Both the position numbers and the translations under genes were made by a program. From positions 1 to 55,695 of IMG/VR virus record IMGVR_UViG_3300044691_000698: 55,695 nt of DNA; one strand, 5' to 3'. The notes beneath the pieces were generated by a model. The model saw only the letters and a list, made by a program, of their open reading frames with translations, searched no databases and was not told where the DNA came from. Origin of the DNA: a virus. Lineage: Duplodnaviria > Caudoviricetes. Shown piece by piece: positions 40,717 through 50,108 of this stretch. Within the stretch, counting starts at the first letter, position 1. Every line of letters begins with the position of its first letter.

Positions 40717-41253
40717 ATGAATAGAAGAGAACTTGAACGAAAATACGTCGTCACATATCCAAAAACGTTAGGCACTATTCAGAGCCAGCTGCAGAGAGCA
40801 ATGCCTCATCTTAATCGATTGGAGGGCTTTGATACCGACACCTACTATGTGGCTTCATGCGCTGATTTTGTAAGGCTTAGAACCGGCAAAAGTAGCGTGC
40901 AGGGGCACACTGAGATTGAACTGACTACAAAATATACAGATCAAGGCTCCAATGAGAACCGCGAAGAACTTAATGTTAAGTTAATCGAAGGTACGCAGAT
41001 CCTGCCCTTACTAGAACGAGCGCTTGGCCCGGCGATTGGCTCCGTTGAGAAACAGTTCACGAAATTCAAGCTGCATGGAAATGTTGAAATCGCTCTATAT
41101 AAGGTGACGGACGATAAGCGTGTGTTTTTAGAGATCGAAGCACCATCCGTTAAATTGATTGAGATCTATGAAGCGCTAATTAGCGAAACCCTTACGCTTG
41201 TTAGGGAAGAGCGATCTATTTTTCAAATGTTTATTAAAGGAACAGCCAAATGA
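40717..41253 (+). CDS. CYTH (triphosphate tunnel metalloenzyme) protein
   Basis: ELERKY, DTYY, VRLR, LTTK, REE, FLEIE. Confidence 0.85.
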   Translation: MNRRELERKYVVTYPKTLGTIQSQLQRAMPHLNRLEGFDTDTYYVASCADFVRLRTGKSSVQGHTEIELTTKYTDQGSNENREELNVKLIEGTQILPLLERALGPAIGSVEKQFTKFKLHGNVEIALYKVTDDKRVFLEIEAPSVKLIEIYEALISETLTLVREERSIFQMFIKGTAK

Positions 41254-41684
41254 CAAAAAAGCCATTGGTTTATTTATGTGCAAAAATCAAGGAATCGGCG
41301 CGGCCAGCAAATAACACTGTGGCGGCTTCCTTAAAAGCAGCTGGGTTTGCTGTATATGTGCCACACGAGCAAGCGCCTAATAATCCAAAAGATGGTCGAT
41401 TTGATGCTGCCAAAATATTCGAGTTAGACTTCGGCGCAATGCAGAAATCTAGTTTGTGTGTTGTTGTGGGGGACATTGGCTGTGATTGCTCGGCTGAAAT
41501 TGGCTGGTTTGCCGGACAGTCAATTCCAATTTTTCATGTTCCTAACGGAGACACAAGTTGGACTAATTCGCCAATGTTAATTCCATTTCTTACTAAATAT
41601 CCTATGGTGCCTGTGCTGTCTAAGGCGGGGGAAATGATTTCAGGCTTTTATTTGAATGGAAATAAGTTATGTCAGACAAAGTAA
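41250..41684 (+). CDS. Nucleoside 2-deoxyribosyltransferase/NMP N-glycosidase-like protein
   Basis: VYL, VYVPHE, IFELD..AM, nucleophile in SAEIGW. Confidence 0.75.
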   Translation: MTKKPLVYLCAKIKESARPANNTVAASLKAAGFAVYVPHEQAPNNPKDGRFDAAKIFELDFGAMQKSSLCVVVGDIGCDCSAEIGWFAGQSIPIFHVPNGDTSWTNSPMLIPFLTKYPMVPVLSKAGEMISGFYLNGNKLCQTK

Positions 41685-41890
41685 ACCAGCCTTCTCATTA
41701 CACTGCTGGTGGAATCGAAACGATTGATTTCATTCGTGCTCGGTTGAGTAAAGAACAGCTCAAAGGCGCTTATCTTTTTAATATTATAAAATATTGCAGC
41801 AGAGCCGACCTTAAAAATGGAATCGAAGACTACAAAAAGGCGCAGGTATATCTAAAATGGCTAATAGAACTCGAAGAAAAAGGGATCTAA
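41669..41890 (+). CDS. DUF3310 (T7 gp1.7-like) protein
   Basis: DKVNQPSHY..GIETIDFI, N.IKY..R..K.G.ED..KA..YL. Confidence 0.9.
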   Translation: MSDKVNQPSHYTAGGIETIDFIRARLSKEQLKGAYLFNIIKYCSRADLKNGIEDYKKAQVYLKWLIELEEKGI

Positions 41891-42504
41891 GTAGAGCAGG
41901 TACCGTCCACGGTCGCCTAACAATTCTTACACCGACCACAAAGGACGGTCAAAACGCTTGGAATTGTTTGTGTGTTTGTGGAAACCAACACTTGGTAAAA
42001 GTAGGTGACTTTAAAGCGACCATAAGTTGTGGGTGTTATCGAAGAGAAATATCCGGTGCTAGAAACAGGAAGCACGGAATGCACAATAGCAAAGCTTACT
42101 ACGCATGGACTTCGATGAGGAAACGCTGCCTAAATCCAACCCATAAAGCCTATAAAAATTACGGAGGCCGAAGTATCACAATTGCAGCTCGATGGGATCT
42201 CTTTGCAAACTTTATTATAGACATGGGGATGCCTAAAGAAGGGCAATCACTAGATCGAATAAACAACGATGAGGGTTACTCACCACAAAATTGTCGTTGG
42301 ACCGATTTTAAAACTCAAAATAATAATAGAAGGTCTGCCCGGATTTTCAATACAGCCCATGGAAGAATATCGTTAACTGAAGCCGCCAAAATATCAGGCC
42401 ACAGCCCACAAACTCTTTCATGGAGACTAAAAGGTATTGGAATGACAATTGATGTCGCTATGACGACACCTAAATTTAGAAATAGAAAAGTAACTAGCGC
42501 TTGA
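41857..42504 (+). CDS. HNH homing-endonuclease-like protein
   Basis: W.SM..RC.NP....YGGR.I, LDRINND.GYSP.NCRW. Confidence 0.88.
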   Translation: MANRTRRKRDLSRAGTVHGRLTILTPTTKDGQNAWNCLCVCGNQHLVKVGDFKATISCGCYRREISGARNRKHGMHNSKAYYAWTSMRKRCLNPTHKAYKNYGGRSITIAARWDLFANFIIDMGMPKEGQSLDRINNDEGYSPQNCRWTDFKTQNNNRRSARIFNTAHGRISLTEAAKISGHSPQTLSWRLKGIGMTIDVAMTTPKFRNRKVTSA

Positions 42505-42760
42505 TGATTTTTTCAATCTCGCTCAACGGAACCGGCGTCCTTCCTCAGAAAGAACGAGCTTTTTTTCTTTTTTCCAATGTGGTTTTCGCATCTTTACTTC
42601 CCCTTCCGCGCATTAGCTTTTTTGCGTAGTCGAGCTTTTTCCCAGTAGAAAACGATCGGGCTAACTCCGAATAACGCTAATGTAATAACAATGAAAAAAA
42701 GCATGCTTAGTCTCCCAAATCGAAACTATCGACGCTAAGTCCAACAACTAACAGTCAACA

Positions 42761-43027
42761 CTAGACAAACTTTCTTCTATTTTGCCCAGAGTAGGGTGAT
42801 TTCATAACATCGCAAGCTACGCAATATCGCAACACACTGGGCCGACTATACGGATCATTCGATCCAAACCCACAGTCTTCGCAATGCGTTGTCTTCAAAT
42901 AATGCAACGCTGCTTCGGCATAACTTCTAAAAAAGCGTCCGCAGCCTTCATTGGGACAGCGATGGAATTCCTGATACCGCTCCGTCTCTTTACTGAAGGA
43001 AACGCTCTTTTTCTTAAAAAGACTCAT
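42761..43027 (-). CDS. Zinc-finger protein (C2H2 + CxxC pair)
   Basis: C-x4-C-x3-F-x8-H-x5-H. Confidence 0.65.
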   Translation of the reverse strand: MSLFKKKSVSFSKETERYQEFHRCPNEGCGRFFRSYAEAALHYLKTTHCEDCGFGSNDPYSRPSVLRYCVACDVMKSPYSGQNRRKFV

Positions 43028-43419
43028 TCAACTTCCTTCCATTTATTCGTGTCGCGCCATTTAGTTTCGTGAAATCTTGGTAAGTTTGTTTCCGTAATTC
43101 GCAGCGTAATTCCTTTCGAAGCAGCATCTTGAAGCATGATATGAGCTGTGTCTTGGCTGTATTCAAATAGCGCTTCGCGCGGCCATTCCGATTTCACGTA
43201 TGCCTTTTTAGCGTTACCTAATTCGAGAGTGCCTTCTAAAGATTTCGGAACCAGCAGATATCGGCGCAAAGGAGTAACGTAAACAGTAACGTCGTAAAGG
43301 CCTTGAGGGACTTCCTGTTCATTGGCTTCAATCGGATCAAGCATTCCCATGAATAGCTTTTCACATTTGCGTTTAATTGTAGCTTTCCATTGGACGGTTT
43401 CTTCAGGCGTCATAGGCAT
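43024..43419 (-). CDS. Hypothetical protein
   Basis: Coupled ORF. Confidence 0.6.
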   Translation of the reverse strand: MPMTPEETVQWKATIKRKCEKLFMGMLDPIEANEQEVPQGLYDVTVYVTPLRRYLLVPKSLEGTLELGNAKKAYVKSEWPREALFEYSQDTAHIMLQDAASKGITLRITETNLPRFHETKWRDTNKWKEVE

Positions 43420-43667
43420 ATGATCACCAGCAGTAGAATAAAATATACCAAAAAGAGACCGACAGCTGGCTCCTGCAAGGATGATCTGGTTAGTTTGTAA
43501 AAGCGGGTAAGTAGCTTAGATATGCCTAAAATAGCAGCGCGTGAAAGGTAAGCGGCATCGCTCAAGGCAACTTCGAAGATAAGCCGGAACTGTCCTAGTA
43601 ATCCCATGCCTAGAAGATATCATAGAATTATTAAAACTACAATAATTATTATAAATTCAACAAAGCA

Positions 43668-44057
43668 TTATTTGATTATCTTAGAATAATAGCTCTTTTT
43701 AGGAACTGCGGCCCATTTGGGTTCTTTTGGCTCTTCCTTTGGCTTGGTTGCTCGCGTTTGGCGATAGTCTGTTTCATATTTGGCATTTTTCGCAACCTCT
43801 TCAAAATCAATCTTCCAAGTTACTGGATGCGGAATATTCTTCAAGTAATGGAGCGCTTTAATATAAGCTGCGTAGCGGTTCATAAATTTAATAACATCAC
43901 CGCGCGACATAACTGGAATAGTCGCAATAGGCTGCATTCGCCCTTTCTGGTCATCAGCTGTGTATATAGTTAGCTTCTTTTTATCCTTTTCAGAAAAATC
44001 GATATAAAACGTACCTTGCGCATAACTCACTTTAGCAAAACTGGCTTTGTCATTCAT
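43668..44057 (-). CDS. Hypothetical protein downstream of a sigma54 promoter
   Basis: GGAG SD before ATG 44057. Confidence 0.65.
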   Translation of the reverse strand: MNDKASFAKVSYAQGTFYIDFSEKDKKKLTIYTADDQKGRMQPIATIPVMSRGDVIKFMNRYAAYIKALHYLKNIPHPVTWKIDFEEVAKNAKYETDYRQTRATKPKEEPKEPKWAAVPKKSYYSKIIK

Positions 44058-44087
44058 GTTAAACACTCCGTTCATGCTGGATTAGTT

Positions 44088-44104
44088 ATGCAATTGAGAT
44101 GCCG
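44088..44104 (-). promoter_or_regulatory. sigma54 -24/-12 promoter
   Basis: CGGCATCTCAATTGCAT (GG-N10-GC). Confidence 0.7.
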
Positions 44105-44276
44105 TTATTATTGCACTCGTAATAATTAGTTTGTTTACGTGAAACTGTTAGGATTGTATACAAATATTGTAACTGAAACAAGTAACAATTGTGTGTTTGT
44201 TCAAATGATTCAATAAGTAACGGTAATTTGTATATATTTTAGGCAGTGTCGCTTAAAAATGACATGCTTGAAAAGC

Positions 44277-44792
44277 TTTGTGGGCCTAGGTCGCGCCCTT
44301 CCTAGAATTAATCCGGTAATTGCATTCCAACCGGATACCCACAAATTGTTTTACACCGAGACCGGATTGGAAAAAAGGTTTGGCGGCCTCCGGGGATCTC
44401 ACCCGTCGCCTTGGACATTAGGATCGGGCTTGAACCATCCTGCCTGCCGCTGCGTACTTTTTCTATTTCGGCTTTATCCAAGTAGGCGATGCTTTTTGAG
44501 CCGCGCCGCCGCCAAATTATTTTACCGAGGCCGGGCTTGATTCCGGCTGAGCGACGTATGTTTGTCTGGGGAATCAATTCGACTCTATCCCCGATGTTGC
44601 CCCATCGTCGCCGCATTGTACGCTGCGTGTCCTTCCACGCCGCTCGGTAAAATTGTTTTGTAGGCTGGTAGTTCACTTGCGCCCACGTCAGTCAGACCAC
44701 TCCAGCGAGTCTGCGTCACTACGGTTAACGTCTCAGGGACCTACAAAATTCTAAAAAAGGATGTACCGATTTATTTAAACACTTCTCGGTAC
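44277..44792 (-). ncRNA. Structured RNA array 1: stem-closed modules 44277-44345, 44379-44516, 44520-44652, 44656-44748, 44763-44792
   Basis: Each closed by a 7-10 bp terminal inverted repeat with short A/T linkers. Confidence 0.65.
44523..44649 (-). ncRNA. tRNA-like RNA, copy 1 (no canonical anticodon arm)
   Basis: Acceptor TACCGAG/CTCGGTA, D-arm GCGT-GGAAGGAC-ACGC, T-arm GCCGG-AATCAAGC-CCGGC. Confidence 0.7.
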
Positions 44793-44824
44793 CACAAGTG
44801 TAACAAACAAGGTTCGGAACGGAA

Positions 44825-45785
44825 CTACTGTGCTTTAGGATCGCAGGTTATAAACCCATTTTGTCGCTTATTGTGCGTCCGGTATAGGCATTCAAGATGC
44901 TTAATCGCAGCGTCGTAGCCATAATGATAGTGATTGGCTTCATTGCGCGCTTGGCTCAAGTTTGCAAAAACAGCAAGCGTTGTTACGATCAAAAGAATCA
45001 ACGCAAGACTAAAAACCGCAGTAGCTAGTAGGTTACGCATTCGTTCTCTCCCTTTAGGTAAGTGCTTTCTAGAAAAAGTAAATCGTCGTAGGCTTGGATT
45101 AATTTGAAATGTCTCACTAACGCTCGGTCACTTTCGTACCGTCGTAGCATTCGAAAGGAAACAGCGAGACGCAGCAGCATGAATTCTTTCCTATTCATGA
45201 AAAGTCTCTTCTGGCTCGGTGAGTTTTACCGTTAGCTGTTCTTGAATTAGTCCGTCGATCAGGAATCGGGCCGCTGCTAATGTTTTGGCGGGAACTAAAT
45301 TTGAACCGACATGAACGTAATACATGCTCATGTAAGGGTTAGTGGAGATTTTATAACTTTTATATTCCAACATACGTGCCTCGTGAGATCCTTTATTTAC
45401 GGTTTAATAACGTTACGATATTCAAAACGGCCAAGACTAAGACGCCAGTCGTTCCAGCGAAGTAATAAACGCCTGCGAAACATAAAAGATCTACAAACAT
45501 AAATTCTCCGGTTTCGAGTTACGTTAAGTTTATCAGGATTTATTGCAAATGCAATATTATTCCGAATGCAATAAACTGCGGGCACGCAAATAGCTAATAT
45601 TATTGACTAAACGCACCCGCGCAGTCGTTCTCAATCGCTTCCACCGTGCAGTCGTCGCAGATCTCTTTGTTAGCATCAAGACTGAATTCATCCTGACTGC
45701 CATACATGTCGCATGAGAGACATTGTTCATGAAATTTAAAATCATTCGGCGTTTCGGCACATTGGCAACAAATGCATTCTCTCAT
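44825..45785 (-). other. Small accessory ORFs (44825-45040, 45191-45373, 45397-45585, 45600-45785 Cys-rich)
   Basis: Co-oriented, closely packed. Confidence 0.5.
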
Positions 45786-46138
45786 TTTTCCTCCATTGCT
45801 TTAAGCGCCGCTAAACAAATAGCGAGCGGTGCTGTTTCTGCGCGCACATCAGGAAAGGCGACTAGGTCGTCAACTGCTTTTCTCCCAATCCAAACGTCGA
45901 ATCCTTCCTCAGAATTAGCCAACGCCCATTGGTAGCCCTTGGCCGATACAGCTGACAACACTGCAAACGCTGCTGCGATGTCCGACGAGTAGTGTGGAAC
46001 TGTAATCTGTTGAGGTATGCCGCCCGGTACTAAGTGTCTGTGTTCAGGGTTAGCCCAATCTAGTTCGGTCCACTCCCAACCCATTACTTTCTCGGCAATT
46101 TCACGATCAAGATCGCGTCCAGCGCCTAATGTTTGCAT
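45782..46138 (-). CDS. Phage ABA-sandwich-domain protein
   Basis: LDREIAEKVMGW, PHYSSDIAAA, AETAPLAICLAAL. Confidence 0.8.
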   Translation of the reverse strand: MQTLGAGRDLDREIAEKVMGWEWTELDWANPEHRHLVPGGIPQQITVPHYSSDIAAAFAVLSAVSAKGYQWALANSEEGFDVWIGRKAVDDLVAFPDVRAETAPLAICLAALKAMEEK

Positions 46139-46683
46139 CGTCCACTCCTTCTACATTTGCCTGCTGGTGTTGGGGCGGAGCTGGGAGCACCAAAAATTGA
46201 CACAAGCAGTAAAATAAAAAACGGCGAAAGCGGTATTGCGATGCATGCAAAAACTACTAAAATATCATGATTCATTTCGTTTCTCCCTTTTCTAAAGCTT
46301 CGCGGGCTCGAGTCCCGCATTCCTTCGCCACTTTCGAGAGTTCTTTTATGTGACCATCTTTATCTGGAAAGTGATTTTCCTCCTTCGCGTAAAACTTCAG
46401 CGCGGTTTCGAGAGATGCGATTCGCTCCGCCTGAGAGTGAATAGTTTTCCAAGGACTGTCAGGAGCTTGGTTATATAGGGCAGGGTCTTTTGGATCATTC
46501 ATTTCTTCTCTCCTTTACTTTGTTACAAAGTAACCACAATACCCTCACTACGTGGTAAGAAAGTAACATTGATTTACAAGGCCTTAAGTCAAAGTTCTTG
46601 CAAGATGGATAACCAAAGCTGTAGTCACCATAAAAATTAACCAGTAAATAACAAACATAATTACTCCCAATTGTTAAAATTTT

Positions 46684-46880
46684 TACCGAGGCCGGGCTTG
46701 ATACCGGCTTAGTCGTTTTTACGTGACCCTCATGTGTCGGAGCACTTTGGTCACAACTAAGTCTCCAAACGTCTTCCGAATCCCGTTCAGATATGCGTGT
46801 CCCCTGTCAGGTTAGTTTAACCACACGTATTAAGTGATTCGTGGTCTTATCACACCTGCAGCCTTCCACGCCGCTCGGTA
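46684..46880 (-). ncRNA. tRNA-like RNA, copy 2 with 61-nt D-loop insertion
   Basis: Same acceptor/D/T scaffold as copy 1, unrelated internal arms. Confidence 0.7.
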
Positions 46881-46881
46881 C

Positions 46882-47109
46882 TTTTCCTTGCGGAAAACTG
46901 TTAAATTGTTTTGGCGGGCTAGGTATTTTGACCATCTATATTTCCTAGCGCCCATGTAACTAGTGATCTGGGTGATCGCGTGCCACCGCCAAATATTCGC
47001 TAACGCTCAATGTCGCTTCCTTACGGTCGCTCCTGTTTGCGCTTCGCTTTGTGTGGGCCGTGTCGCCGTAGGGGGTTACACGATTACTTGGTCCTACCCA
47101 ACCCACAAA
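46882..47109 (-). ncRNA. Structured RNA array 2: GCAA hairpin 46882-46897, modules 46910-46993 and 47048-47109
   Basis: TTTGGCGG/CCGCCAAA and TGTGGG/CCCACA closing stems as in array 1. Confidence 0.6.
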
Positions 47110-47112
47110 TTC

Positions 47113-49239
47113 TTAAAGTTTCTCATTAACAAAACACGTTTTTATGTGCTCTTCGGTCTTTTTATCGCCCACGCAATTTAATAGATGAATGCGACAAGTG
47201 CGAACATCGTTAATGTTATATTGCCAATTGGTCGGGGCACCACACCATAATGCTATGGCGGCCAATAACTGTAATATGCTCATAATTCCTCCCAATTGTT
47301 AAAAGCGCAGCGCCAGGAGACGCAGTCGACTACCAACTCAAAATCTTAGTCGTTTTCCAAAAGTAACGTTCGTTCCAATAAAGAATTTGTTCGGCTTTAT
47401 ACCACTCCAACCACACGCCCTTGTCTGAATCGTCTCTTACTGGGAATAAAGCAAACCTACTTACAGTACGTATGTCTCCTACTTGTGGAATTCTTTTAAA
47501 ACGTCTAGGTTTTAGTGTCATTACCAACTCCATACTCATTTCTTATTAAGCCAGTCCAATAAATAAACAGCTGGAATAAATACAAAAATTAACACTACTG
47601 CTACACCGAACACGTAACCTACCATGACCCCACCCTTATGTTTCCAACCACAATTCCATTTTGAACAGGCACCTTTCCTAAAAGGGATACTCGGCGATTA
47701 CATAAGTGATTCCAAAAAGTGTTTTATATTTGATTACCACCTCAGTATCAAAAAATACCGCTGGTCGCTGGAACCGTAGCAATATGCAAATTAAAATAGA
47801 CGGTTTTTTGTTTTCGGTTATTTTAAAGATGTTCTTTGTCATTACCGTGACCACACCCTATTCTTTAATTTCTTCAAACTCATCAAAGTCGCTATATTCA
47901 TGATCAGTTTCATCGGTAATGTCGTCGAAATCGCCGTCTATACACTTTTGTTTCGCTTCGGCTTTGCTCTTCGCTGTAACATAGCCAATCCCAGTCGCAA
48001 CTACTCTGCATGTAAATCTATATTGTTTCATAATTACCTCCAACGACTGCCAGGAGACGCAGTCGACTACCAACTCCATACTCTGATATTACCAACAGCT
48101 AGTCCCTGACCTAATCCATTTAATAAAACATCTTTACATAGCCGCTCGCCACCGACATCATTTCTGTTAAGCGCTTGCATATAGCTATACGTAAAGCCTA
48201 GAGCGAATGTTAGGACTGCGCTGAATACTAAAGAATCCGGCTTATCCAGCGTGAGAGCTTGGTTTGCAAAGCCGTATAGGAAAGTCTGTAGTGCGAAACT
48301 AATTCCTATATGGTCCCAAGTATGCGCGCTCTCGTAAGCATCATCGGCCCTGACCGGGCCTGTCGCGAGCGACAAGAGTAAGAAAATAACTAATAGACGT
48401 TTCATTGCACATTCTCCCTTGCTATTTTCCTGCAGTAAGCGACGTAGCTAGTAACCTCGTCATACGTAGCCGGGTGATTGAGCGCGTAGTCAATCCCGGC
48501 AATACAACCATTATCGTAGGCGTCTACTAGTTCCTCTGGGCCCAGTCGATTACAGGCTATAACCTGAAAAAGCACTATCGAGATTAAGGCTATGACCTTA
48601 AAGCGTTTCATTTAGTTTTTCCTGTTAACTTAGTATGTTCGGCTCTTTCAAACTTCGGAATTCTCTGGCGCCATTCTTTGTGAGATGATTTGGATTGAAT
48701 GTGCAACACACGACCAGAAACTTGCTCAATAAGAGCCAATGTCGCTTCCGCTGGGGTGCTTCCAAAACCTTGGATTGATGAATAGACAGCGTTTGTGTCG
48801 TTCAAGTTAAAAGAATATTGAGTCTCTTCTATACCAGCGCACCAATGTCCACCGCGAGCGCCCGATTGATAAAATCGTTTGATGACTAGATCAATTTTAG
48901 TTTCTTCTAACCAGGTTTCAAACGTCGTGGACACACTTGGGTTAATCCCTTGCTCGGCATCTATCTCAAGACGCCGTGCAATATGGTGGCACTTTTCGAA
49001 CGTTTCCAATTCTTGCGGTGTGATTTGCTTTAGTTCTAATGCTTTTTCTAGAAACGTATAGTTGATTTCAAGTTTCATTATAGCTGCCCTCCAGAAATGG
49101 TTACCAAATCCACTCCGACGCACATAGCAACGAAAATAACGGCAATAGTGGGGACAGGATAACTCACACATGAGTAAATGATTCCACCAATGACGCTAAC
49201 GAATATTGGAAGAAACAAAAAACCTGCAGTGAATTCAAT
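47113..49239 (-). other. Accessory ORFs incl. secreted/membrane proteins (47113-47283, 47330-47539, 47858-48031, 48067-48405 YfiM-like, 48402-48611 lipoprotein, 48608-49078)
   Basis: SDs, ATGA coupling, signal peptides. Confidence 0.55.
47312..48076. repeat. 28-bp direct repeat at gene ends (47312-47339, 48049-48076)
   Basis: GCCAGGAGACGCAGTCGACTACCAACTC, identical. Confidence 0.9.
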
Positions 49240-49247
49240 AAAGCGTT

Positions 49248-50108
49248 TCATTCTTCTTCCCCCAATGCTTCGCTGGCTATTTGATAAGCTATTACAATTG
49301 GCGAAGGTCCATCGAATGTGAGTACATCCAGACTTTTTATTATTTTCCTCAACGCCGCATCCTTCCGGTCGATTTCGGAGAGGAGGTTTCCCCACGCCGC
49401 ATCGACGCGTTTCTGCACCAGTTTTAAATCGCCGTGGCAATCCTTGATCATAAATTCAACGTCAGGCGTTCTCAATTTCCGTTCAGCGGGGGTCATTTCT
49501 TATTCTCCTCAAAGCAGTTGCAGCATTCAAACTCCGCGTCGCCTTCTTCAATTACAAGTCCATCCCACTCATAACAAAAGTGAAGCGTGGGGCGTTTGTC
49601 TAGTTCGTCCAATGGAATAATCCCTTCTTCCATCATTTCCCATTTGGTCATTCCAGCCCCAAAGCTTCGGTAGTCAGTAGTTCCGCCGTTTTGATTTCGT
49701 TCCAATCAATCGCCCAATTCTTTTCGAACGCTTCAAAGGCCAAGTGCAATTTTTCTCTCGCCAGCCGCAACGCCGTATCTCGCAGGTCGATTTCGGAGAG
49801 GAGAAATTTAACATCTTTTTCAATATCGTGGTTGTGGGTGTAGCCTTTCACCCAGGTCCTAATATCATCGACATTCTTTTTCCGTTCAGCGGTGGTCATT
49901 TCTCTTCTCCCAACGCTTCGCGGGCTAGTTCTGAATGGTGATTAGAGCCGTTACGAGAACAATCACTATGTGCAATCTCAAACAACGCCGCATCCCGCCG
50001 GTCGATTTCGGAGAGGAGGAGTTTAGTATCTTCGACGCCGATTTCCATACCGTCATCAACCTTGGCTCGAATAAACTCTAATTGTTTTTTCAGTTCAATC
50101 GGCGTCAT
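49248..50108 (-). other. Three paralogous small genes with LLSEID core (49248-49496, 49648-49899, 49896-50108)
   Basis: Shared MT..E, LLSEID.RD.AL, EALG; identical 19-bp DNA block. Confidence 0.8.

Noticed and set aside
36680-41890. 2-aminoadenine or 7-deazaguanine DNA modification pathway
   Set aside because: No purZ, dpdA or que-like genes recognisable
44523-44649. True tRNA, tmRNA or group I intron-containing tRNA
   Set aside because: No 5-bp/7-nt anticodon arm with U33, no Ala G3-U70 acceptor or tag ORF, far too short for a group I intron
44308-44676. 122-aa ORF across RNA array 1
   Set aside because: No clear SD, Arg/Gly-biased shadow of GC stems; similar structure recurs at 46.7 kb without an ORF
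44656-44748. Hammerhead ribozyme or TPP riboswitch in module D
   Set aside because: CUGACGU/GAAC deviate from CUGANGA/GAAA with no NUH site; CUGAGA lacks the rest of the TPP core
46684-46710. Twister ribozyme (GCCGG-NNNCAAGC-CCGG resembles P4/L4)
   Set aside because: No UAA cleavage-site strand and no T1/T2 pseudoknot partners in the required positions
47312-50020. CRISPR mini-array or integron attC cassettes
   Set aside because: Repeats have 2-3 copies with gene-sized irregular spacing and lack RYYYAAC/GTTRRRY boxes; no cas genes or IntI-type insertion recognised
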